Positions 9,501 through 16,626 of a stretch of 64,000 bases of DNA are shown here, piece after piece. The notes under the pieces were generated by a model. The model was not told where the DNA came from, did no database searches, and worked only from the letters and a program-made list of their open reading frames with translations. A program made the position numbers and the translations under genes. Every line of letters starts with the position of its first letter. Position 1 is the stretch's first letter. The stretch lies in assembly GCA_018433525.1 (NCBI GenBank), contig JAHDRA010000012.1, forward strand, positions 52,588-116,587. The letters are read 5' to 3'. This stretch comes from Paludibacteraceae bacterium (lineage in GTDB: Bacteria > Bacteroidota > Bacteroidia > Bacteroidales > Paludibacteraceae).

Positions 9501-9746
9501 CACTGATTTCATTCCAATGTAGGAAACAACCAGTGTTCGGTTGCCAACCGGCACAGTAATGGAAAAACTTCCATCAGTCCCGGTAATTGTGCCAGTAGTG
9601 GTACCTTTTACCAGTACAGAGGCGCCAATAACAGGTTGCCCATCTTCATCCGAAATCACCTTTCCTTTGACTGTCAGAGATTGGGCGTTGACCAAACCAA
9701 CTCCTATCATAAATAGGCAGGCAAATAAGAATGTTAGTTTTCTCAT
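6594..9746 (-). CDS. SusC/RagA-family TonB-linked outer-membrane transporter
   Basis: 1050 aa with a signal peptide. It has an N-terminal carboxypeptidase-regulatory-like domain (LTVKGKVISDEDGQPVIGASVLVKGTTTGTITGTDGSFSI) and a TonB-box-like DEVVVTA. It ends in an aromatic residue (KLSF). Confidence 0.95.
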   Translation of the reverse strand: MRKLTFLFACLFMIGVGLVNAQSLTVKGKVISDEDGQPVIGASVLVKGTTTGTITGTDGSFSITVPVGNRTLVVSYIGMKSVEVPAENGMVVRLQPQTLEIDEVVVTAIGIKRSEKALGYSASAVSSQDITMTGNRSALNALQGKVAGVEITSASGAPGSSTRVIMRGYSSLGGSNQPLYVVDGVPISNGQIGSTSINGGLDFGNRANDINPEDIESMTILKGGSATALYGSRAASGVILITTKKGEGLKNKPKVEVSSTSTFDSPLRLPYFQNEFGQGWYDRGGGEQDLMENGSWGPRFDGKIRPWGFVVDNQQQIKPYVALPTNIKDFFDIGTNYNNTVSVSNGDADKSYYISYGNVTADGIMPTDADYYNRNTVSMRGSAKFLKIFNISGSLNYVRKDMRFTETGQDQAALDGLWQSPRDISIVDLKDYNNKFNNVDNYYTIYAQNPYYILNEHGNKFQENRIFGNISLDAQITPSLSATFRLGDDVANSTLKTWRAITNSARADYNDEVGRVGENAYYSSELNTDFFLNFNPKLNNDFAISVIVGHNFNQRDAQSQGSEVIGLDIPKFYNLSNSSATPSIYGTLSQRRLIGVYGNLDVSFKDMLFLNITGRNDWSSTLPANNRSFFYPSISGSFLFSELIQNKDVLSYGKLRASFARTGKDADPYLIYPVLLQTSITDGYRSLDFPLAGPVNGFTISNVIGNDQLQPEISQDFEIGTNLKLFKNLLDIDFTWYNKKITALIWTATLPSSTGYTSQTQNLGEITNKGVELSLSVTPIRRKNIEWEIFANYSKNNNLLKSLISGLDEIVLGGTGGFPFVARPGYELGLFKGNVPETDPQGRIVVNAQGLPVFKAEQEIIGSSQNKYRLGGGTSLKIKNFRVHAAFDYRNGGKMYSRTAEIAYFTGNAQPTTYNDRQPFIIPNSVQLVGGQYIENTTPIAGFTNNLNLYYNQTYKAGIGDAYALIDKTFFKLRELSISYSFPKSVLKNAFINSVDLSLVGNNLFLWTPDSNLYTDPELTTFGNDLAADYGEFGATPSTRSLGFNIKLSF

Positions 9747-9815
9747 AAATTTTACATTTTTGTTTATTAATCTTATTATTTATTATTTTCACCTATAGCA
9801 GGGAAAACGTGCTGG

Positions 9816-9823
9816 CAAAAATA
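9816..9823 (-). promoter_or_regulatory. Candidate -7 box (TAttTTTG) upstream of the SusC-like gene
   Basis: An exact TAnnTTTG match on the minus strand, about 70 nt upstream of the ATG at 9746. Chance occurrence is plausible in this AT-rich DNA. Confidence 0.3.
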
Positions 9824-10777
9824 AAATATTAAAAAATAAAAAACAAGTGTTTTTGATGACAAATAGAAAAAATATTCAATTTTTCCCTTTCATTTTGCAG
9901 TTTATTGCCAAAATTCGTATCCCTTTTTAAGTACCATCGATAATTTTACAAATAAAAATATCTTTGCAAATACCTGTGAATAAATGTCTTACTTATTTCT
10001 TAAAATTTTCTGTTAAAAAAATATTGCCATAAGTAAACAAATTTCATTCAACAAAAAATTTTTTGTTAAAATCAAATATTTAACATTTTACTCAGCAAAA
10101 AAATGACAGTTGATACAAAAATCACTACATTTTATGTTAATTTTTAATCAATAAAATTGAAAGTATATCTAACAGTTGGCTCGAAAACGTTAGAAAATAA
10201 ATTTTATAACACTTCTTTATGTTTTTTTCCTTAGGACATAACAAAAAAATTGTAAAAACGTTTATATTTTTTATTTTCAGATATTTAATAACGGGGCTTT
10301 CACCAAACCTCACTTACTTTTTTGTGAGGTCATTTAAAAACAGACCATTGCTTAAATCGTAATTTTTACAAAGGAATTACAGGCGATAAAATGTAATGCT
10401 TCCAGCAGCTGCATGTATCTTCAAAAGAATGATGAATAAATGGGAATTATCTACTTGGCTCGAATTTAAAATACAAATTGTTGACTTGATAAACCCTATG
10501 TTTTACCAAGCCAACAATATTTTAAGACAAAAATGGGGTCTTTAAGGATCGACGTTTTAACAAAAAACTTCTTTTATGAATATCCAATAGATGTTCAAAG
10601 GGTTTTTCGTTGTTGTAGTAGGTTTCTCTGAAGTTACTCAGAAATGGTTGTTGGAGAATTTGATACGCAAATCTAAGCAAAACCCATTTGTTTATAAAAG
10701 CTGCTAAGATTTGGATTCTTTCTGATTAGATTCTTTAAACCATACAGTAAAATCGAAACGGATTTCTAATGTGAAAT

Positions 10778-13240
10778 TTAATAGGTTGTTCTAAATTTAT
10801 CAATCTGAATTTTTTGTTTTACTCTTGTATCGGCCTTGAATTCGAAATGCAACATTCCATTTTTTTTATCAAAAGTGAAATTTGTTAATTTCTTATTGTT
10901 GAGTTTTATACTTTTACATTCAGCGGAGACGGGAATTTCTATAATCCATGTACGTTCTGTAATCTTATTTTCAAATTCTCCCTGCATTGCGTCAATATTA
11001 ATTGTAAGTTGATGATTGCACAACCAACTGGTTATGTTTGTAATTCCAAATTCTCCTTTTTGATAATTTTTGGTTTTGTTGTCATCTTCGTATATTTCAA
11101 ACTTAGCTGTTTTATCAGGATAAATACGTAAAGTAAGTGTGTCATCGGGTTCTTCAGCGCGCATTTTATTTTTAGCTAATGGAATTATAGAACCGGCTTT
11201 AACAAAAACCGGAATAATGTCAAGTGGAGCGTTATAATCGATAGTTTGTCCTCCCCTATAAGTTTTATTACTCCAGAAATCAATCCATGTTTGGTTTTCT
11301 GAAGGCAAGTAAACCTGTTGATTGGTTTTACCTTCGTCAAGTACAGGAGCTACAAGCATTTCTTTGCCAAACATATATTGATAATCCTGTTTACGAGCTA
11401 AGGAGTCTGAAAATTCAAAAAATAACGGACGGATTAGAGTTTCGCCTTTTTTGTAGGTCTTGTATGAATACGAATACATATACGGTATTAACCGATATCT
11501 CAGGTGTAAATATTTTGTTGTTATACTTTCGGTCAGACTGTCGAATGCAAAAACTTCACAAAACTGTTCTTCACCACTGTGTGGACGTAACATTGGCGAA
11601 AATACACCATGTTGAAACCAACGTATGTACAATTCAGGTTCGGTTTTCATTCGTCCATCAACAATATTTGTAAAAATGGTATTGCCATCACGCCTGTCGT
11701 GGGCAAAGGTAAATCCACCTATATCGCTGGAAAAATAAGGTATCCCTGAAAGCACAGTACCTGTCATCATGGGTATTTGTAACTTAAGAGCAAACCAGGT
11801 TTTAGATGCATCGCCACTCCAGCACAATGCTCCATAACGTTGAATGCCGCCAAACCCTGCCCTGCTTAAATTTGTGATTCTTTTGTTTGGAAAATCAGTT
11901 GAAAAACCATCATAAATGTTTTTTGCCCACAATAAACTATAAATGTTATGTACTTTTCTCCAGTCGCCCAAATAAAATTGTCCGTCAACAACAGGACTTT
12001 CGGGTTCAACGAGGTCGCTCCAAAGTCCATCGGCACCGAATTCAACTTCCGCTTTCAGTTGTTGCCAAAGCCATTTTTGGGCATCGGGGTGAGTTATATC
12101 AAAAAGTGAAACATCGCCTGCCCAAAACGGACTAAAAACATAAGGTTCGGATTGATTTTTTTTTGAAACGAGCCATCCTTTTTCCTTGAGAAATTTATAA
12201 TTATATGAATCGATGTTGATATATGGCTCATTTATTAAAATCGTCTTGACATTTTTTCCACGTAATGTATTTATATATTTGATTGGATCGGGAAAATTTT
12301 GTAGGTTCCACGAAAAATTACCCATAAAATGTGGCGAAGTTGGTTTGAGCCCGCCAAACCATGGTATATCAAGTACAATAGCATCGACAGGCAGTTTTTT
12401 CTGCTCAAATTTCTGAAGCGTATTATAAACCATTGTGTCATTTTCGTACGAACATTTGCTCTGAATCAAACCATAAATCCATTTAGGCTGCAAGGGTGGA
12501 TATCCGGTGAGATCAAAATAACTTTTCAGCAGTGATTGTTCATTAGGTGCGGCTAACAGATAGTATGTGAAAGAACCGTTTTCGACCTCATAATACCATT
12601 CTGTCGGATTAGTTTTGCCTAAATCAAATCTGGCTGGATACTGATTGTCAAAATAAACTCCAAATCCGGTTGTAGAATATATATATGGAATATTTATCTG
12701 CATGGTACCATAAGGCTTAGTATAGCCACCAATATGCTGATTAAAAACTTCGAAAGCCTCGCCACGACGATCGACGGCGATGCTCTTCTGTCCCATTCCA
12801 TAAAAATGATCTGTTTCCCGTATTTTAAACGAAGCCTTTTTGGAACTACCATCACATTCAAAAGCACCAGCTGACTGGAGCAATATAGACCCGTCAGGCT
12901 TGTAAAAGCTAATATTAAATGGTATTTTGGTAATTTTCGCAACAATCAGTCTGCCTTTGATAATAAGTTCATTGTGTTTCTCTTTCACAGAAAATTTGAC
13001 TTCGGGCGCCTGATTTAAAATAACTGAATGCGATGAATCTATCTCTATATTATGCATGTCGGGAAACCACGAAATGCGAAATATATTATCGCACCAGGCT
13101 TCCACTTTGATAATTGAGTTATCATTTTGGACTACGACTGTATTTTTTGAACAGGAGTATGAAAACAAGCTGTCGTTGAACTGTGAATAACCTGTGTGTA
13201 AAAGGATTGATAAAAAAAAGCTAAAAAAAAATCTTTTCAT
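10778..13240 (-). CDS. Glycoside hydrolase family 31 (alpha-glucosidase/alpha-xylosidase type), secreted
   Basis: 820 aa with a signal peptide. GH31-like catalytic regions are GADGLWSDLVEPE and YFSSDIGGF. The family-level call is from motif recognition only. Confidence 0.8.
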   Translation of the reverse strand: MKRFFFSFFLSILLHTGYSQFNDSLFSYSCSKNTVVVQNDNSIIKVEAWCDNIFRISWFPDMHNIEIDSSHSVILNQAPEVKFSVKEKHNELIIKGRLIVAKITKIPFNISFYKPDGSILLQSAGAFECDGSSKKASFKIRETDHFYGMGQKSIAVDRRGEAFEVFNQHIGGYTKPYGTMQINIPYIYSTTGFGVYFDNQYPARFDLGKTNPTEWYYEVENGSFTYYLLAAPNEQSLLKSYFDLTGYPPLQPKWIYGLIQSKCSYENDTMVYNTLQKFEQKKLPVDAIVLDIPWFGGLKPTSPHFMGNFSWNLQNFPDPIKYINTLRGKNVKTILINEPYINIDSYNYKFLKEKGWLVSKKNQSEPYVFSPFWAGDVSLFDITHPDAQKWLWQQLKAEVEFGADGLWSDLVEPESPVVDGQFYLGDWRKVHNIYSLLWAKNIYDGFSTDFPNKRITNLSRAGFGGIQRYGALCWSGDASKTWFALKLQIPMMTGTVLSGIPYFSSDIGGFTFAHDRRDGNTIFTNIVDGRMKTEPELYIRWFQHGVFSPMLRPHSGEEQFCEVFAFDSLTESITTKYLHLRYRLIPYMYSYSYKTYKKGETLIRPLFFEFSDSLARKQDYQYMFGKEMLVAPVLDEGKTNQQVYLPSENQTWIDFWSNKTYRGGQTIDYNAPLDIIPVFVKAGSIIPLAKNKMRAEEPDDTLTLRIYPDKTAKFEIYEDDNKTKNYQKGEFGITNITSWLCNHQLTINIDAMQGEFENKITERTWIIEIPVSAECKSIKLNNKKLTNFTFDKKNGMLHFEFKADTRVKQKIQIDKFRTTY

Positions 13241-13286
13241 TTGGATTAAATTTATTCTTGTCTGACGGATGAATCAGTTGGGTCTA

Positions 13287-13294
13287 CAAATATA
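13287..13294 (-). promoter_or_regulatory. Candidate -7 box (TAtaTTTG) for the GH31 gene
   Basis: An exact TAnnTTTG match on the minus strand, about 45 nt upstream of the ATG at 13240. Confidence 0.45.
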
Positions 13295-13378
13295 TAACTT
13301 TAAATTTTCAGAGAATAATACTATTCTAACAATTTATGTACATTTTCTGGCCCTGAAGATATTTATGTAAAATTGAAT

Positions 13379-13433
13379 CCCCTCATAAAACTTAATTTTT
13401 CTAAAGGCAGAAAAAATCAAGTTTTATGAGGGG
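13379..13433 (-). terminator. Long near-perfect hairpin, probable terminator of the pheS transcript
   Basis: CCCCTCATAAAACTTAATTTTTCT / AGAAAAAATCAAGTTTTATGAGGGG forms arms of about 24 bp with one mismatch and one bulge around a 6-nt loop. On the minus strand it is followed by ATTCAATTTT. Confidence 0.6.
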
Positions 13434-13448
13434 CTGAAGTAATGTATA

Positions 13449-14146
13449 ATCAAGTAGGTAGGGGAATCGCCCCTCTCTCACATCAATGTGCATGCTCTCG
13501 CACACGGCGGTTTCTTTTAACTGTTTAACCTCTCGTAATTTAATGTGAGATTTTACAAACCTCCCATCAAATCGTGAATTAAGGCTCGTTCCTGTTCGCC
13601 TGCTTCTTTTACTTGCAACGCCTTTATCGCCTGAGCTCCGCTTACGGCTTCACTCCCTGCGAAAGAACGAATAACATCCTGACCCTTTGAATCAAACAGG
13701 TCGTATTGGTACGTTATTGCTTGCTGCTGCTCCATAAAACAAATTTTGAACTAACTGCTCCTTAAATTAAAAGATTCAGACCTTCTTCTGTTTTTCAACA
13801 GAATACTATGTCCTCTGCTGACTTCTTGTATGGCCTAAAATACATCGCTGCTTTCCTTACACTGTTGGTGTACCCTACAAGACCTCTCGGGATAAGATAT
13901 TAAACTTTCGCTGCGTCTTGCCTGATTTACTCCATTTGAGTTACGATTAAATTTCGGGCGTTCCCAATCCATTGCTCGGTTACCCTCTCATTAGAGCCTT
14001 CTATCAGATTTCTGTTCATCAAAACGTCAGCTTTGCTGATGGCTTCTTTCAGATTTGCAGTCACCCGCAACACCCTTGCCATTCGCTAATGTTTCCTATC
14101 AACTCGGCACATACAGGAACCCGCATCCTGCAAGCTTAATGCCATG
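13449..14146 (-). mobile_element. Decayed, ORF-deleted group II intron relic (class C-like) in the pheS 3' region
   Basis: Minus-strand blocks match my recollection of group IIC ribozyme cores. They are GCAAGGGTGT (14070-14079), AATCTGAAAGAAGC (14042-14055), GAAGTCAGCAGAGGACATAGTA (13804-13825) and a domain-V-like AACCGCCGTGTGC-GAGA-GCATGCAC with a CGC triad (13488-13512). A domain-VI-like hairpin lies at 13460-13474, followed by CCTACTTGAT. Track ORF 13553..13735 sits where the intron protein would start. It continues past stops as an RT-0-like NLTLNYERL. Confidence 0.6.
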
Positions 14147-14195
14147 TCAGCAATATTCTTAAAAGCGCTCTCTGTTTTTTCTGAATACTATCAAA

Positions 14196-15215
14196 TCAGT
14201 ATGCCGATTCGAATTGTCGCAGGAAACGGATGTCATTTTCAGAGAACATGCGCAAATCCTTAACCTGATATTTTAAATTGGTAATTCGTTCAACTCCCAT
14301 TCCAAAGGCATAACCGGAATAAATTTTTGAATCGATACCGCAATTTTCGAGTACATTGGGATCTACCATTCCGCAACCCAATATTTCTACCCAGCCTGTA
14401 TATTTGCAAAACGGACAACCTTTTCCGCCACAAAGATTGCACGAAATATCCATTTCGGCGCTTGGTTCGGTAAAAGGGAAGTAGGAAGGACGCAGCCGGA
14501 TTTGTGTATCCATGCCAAACATTTCTTTTGCAAAATAAATGAGTGCCTGTTTCAAATCGGCAAACGACACATTTTTATCGATATACAAACCTTCTACCTG
14601 ATGAAAGAAACAATGTGCGCGATACGAGATAGCTTCATTTCTGTAAACACGTCCCGGAAAAATCATTCTGATGGGCGGTTTTTGCTGTGTCATCACACGG
14701 GTTTGAACCGAAGAAGTATGAGTGCGCAAGAGAATATCTGGATTTTTTTCGATAAAAAATGTATCCTGCATGTCTCTGGCGGGATGATCGGCAGGAAAGT
14801 TCAAGGCTTCAAAAACATGCCAGTCGTCTTCAATTTCCGGTCCTTCGGCAATGGTGAACCCGATACCTGAAAAAATCGTCGCAATTTCGTTTCTGACAAT
14901 GGAAAGAGGATGACGTGTTCCTATCTGAATCGGTTCAGCGGTGCGCGTCAAATCAATCTTTTCCACATTTCCCCGATTGGCTTCCAATTTTTCCTTGAGC
15001 TGGTTGATTTGATCGTGTGCATTGTTTTTCAGTTCGTTGAGCAATTGCCCGATTTCCCGTTTCTCTTCATTACTTACATTTCTGAAATCGTTGAAAAGCT
15101 GTGAAATTTCTCCCTTTTTGCTCAGATACTTGATTCTTAAAGCTTCAACTTCTTCGAGCGTTTGGGCTGTAAGATGGCTGATTTCTTCCTGCAATTGTAG
15201 AATTCGGTCTTTCAT
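14196..15215 (-). CDS. pheS: Phenylalanine--tRNA ligase alpha subunit
   Basis: 339 aa. Class II aaRS motifs are present, including FPFTEPSAEMD and GFAFGMGVERI. Confidence 0.97.
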   Translation of the reverse strand: MKDRILQLQEEISHLTAQTLEEVEALRIKYLSKKGEISQLFNDFRNVSNEEKREIGQLLNELKNNAHDQINQLKEKLEANRGNVEKIDLTRTAEPIQIGTRHPLSIVRNEIATIFSGIGFTIAEGPEIEDDWHVFEALNFPADHPARDMQDTFFIEKNPDILLRTHTSSVQTRVMTQQKPPIRMIFPGRVYRNEAISYRAHCFFHQVEGLYIDKNVSFADLKQALIYFAKEMFGMDTQIRLRPSYFPFTEPSAEMDISCNLCGGKGCPFCKYTGWVEILGCGMVDPNVLENCGIDSKIYSGYAFGMGVERITNLKYQVKDLRMFSENDIRFLRQFESAY

Positions 15216-15426
15216 TTTTTATATTGGAATTTGCAAAAAAATTGAATAAGTCCTGAGAACAGAAATAACCTGTTATTATTTTTTTAAATTAACTGCAAAA
15301 GTAATTATTTTTTACCAAAATAGGAGGAATTTATACCGGAAAAAGGAATTACTTCAAAAAAATGAGGATAAATGGCAAAGATTAAATAAATTTTACATTA
15401 TATTTGTCGTGCTTAAAATATAAATT

Positions 15427-16098
15427 ATGACCATACAAAAAATACTCGATTTTCTGAGTGTTTTGAGCAAAAACAATAACCGTGAGTGGTTTGCTCAAAA
15501 TAAAAGTTGGTATGATGAGGTGCGTAGCGGTTATTTGGATATGAGTAATTCACTGATAATGAAAATAGCCGAATTTGATCCCGAAATCAAGCATGTTGAC
15601 ATAAAAGATTGCATTTTCCGAATTTACAGGGATATACGTTTTTCTCCCGATAAATCGCCATACAAAACTCATTTTGGTGCTTACATTGCTGCAGGCGGTG
15701 GTAGAAAAAGTCAGCGGGGTGGTTATTATTTCCATTTACAACCGGAAAGTTCTTTTGTTTCAGTGGGAATTTGGAGCCCTGAGCCCAATGTGCTGAAAGC
15801 GTTACGAAAAAGTGTGTACGAAAATATCGACGAATTTAACGATATTCTGTCTCAACCGAATTTCAAACGTTTTTTTGGCGGTTTTTTCGAAGATGGAAAA
15901 TTAAAAAAAGTACCGGCAGGTTTTCCTGGTGATTTTCCGCAGGCCGACTTGCTCAAATTAAAGCATTATGCAACTTCCTCACCATTGGACGGATCCATTT
16001 TAACGGATGAAAATCCTGTTCCGCATATTGCAGAGATTTTGGAAGCCGGCTATCCGCTCAACAGGTTTTTAAATTTTACTTTGGACGAATTATTTTAA
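15427..16098 (+). CDS. DUF2461 (TIGR02453) family protein
   Basis: 223 aa with NNREWFAQNK...FRIYRDIRFSPDKSPYKTHFGA...GGYYFHLQP, typical of the family. Confidence 0.85.
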   Translation: MTIQKILDFLSVLSKNNNREWFAQNKSWYDEVRSGYLDMSNSLIMKIAEFDPEIKHVDIKDCIFRIYRDIRFSPDKSPYKTHFGAYIAAGGGRKSQRGGYYFHLQPESSFVSVGIWSPEPNVLKALRKSVYENIDEFNDILSQPNFKRFFGGFFEDGKLKKVPAGFPGDFPQADLLKLKHYATSSPLDGSILTDENPVPHIAEILEAGYPLNRFLNFTLDELF

Positions 16099-16110
16099 AC
16101 ACATAAAGCC

Positions 16111-16557
16111 ATGATACTCGATACCTTAAAAAATGCCGAATTATACGAATCGGCACATCCACTTTTCAAAAAAGCTTTCGATTTTCTGAAAACAACCGAC
16201 TTGAAAAATTTGCCTCTCGGAAAAATTGAGTTGGAGGGCAGTGATTTGGTTGTCAGCGTGGTGGATATTTCCGGGAAAACGGTTCAGGATGCCCGCATGG
16301 AAATACATCGGAAGTTTATCGACATTCAGCTTCCACTTGATGGTGAAGAAATAATGGGCTGGATTCCTGCCGAAAAGTTGACAAAAGTTTTACAACCTTA
16401 CGATGCTGAAAAAGATATTGCTTTTTTTGCCGATGAGGCAGAAAATCTCCTTAAAGTGAGAGCGATGGAATTTGCTGTTTTTTTCCCTTCCGATGGTCAT
16501 CAACCGGGAATTGGCTTTGGAAACCACAAAAAAATTATAGTTAAAGTTCGTGTTTAG
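16111..16557 (+). CDS. YhcH/YjgK/YiaL (DUF386, EbgC-like) family protein
   Basis: 148 aa. The N-terminus MILDTLKNAELYE...GKIELEGSDLVVSV and the length fit the family. Confidence 0.8.
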   Translation: MILDTLKNAELYESAHPLFKKAFDFLKTTDLKNLPLGKIELEGSDLVVSVVDISGKTVQDARMEIHRKFIDIQLPLDGEEIMGWIPAEKLTKVLQPYDAEKDIAFFADEAENLLKVRAMEFAVFFPSDGHQPGIGFGNHKKIIVKVRV

Positions 16558-16626
16558 GAGTACAATTTTATTTCCAACCAGAAAATTTATTTTGTTTTGC
16601 ACAAAACCACATTAAGCTAAAAAATT

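Noticed and set aside
13553-13735. The 60-aa ORF (MEQQQAITYQYDLFDSKGQ...) as an independent small gene
   Set aside because: Its position inside intron-like RNA, and its continuation through stops as an RT-0-like motif, point to a truncated remnant of an intron-encoded reverse transcriptase.
13449-14146. The possibility that the group II intron is intact and splicing-competent
   Set aside because: No GUGYG 5' end was found, and the 5' strand of the basal domain-I helix is missing. The RT ORF is almost entirely deleted. The domain-V basal helix has about three disruptive changes by my hand folding.
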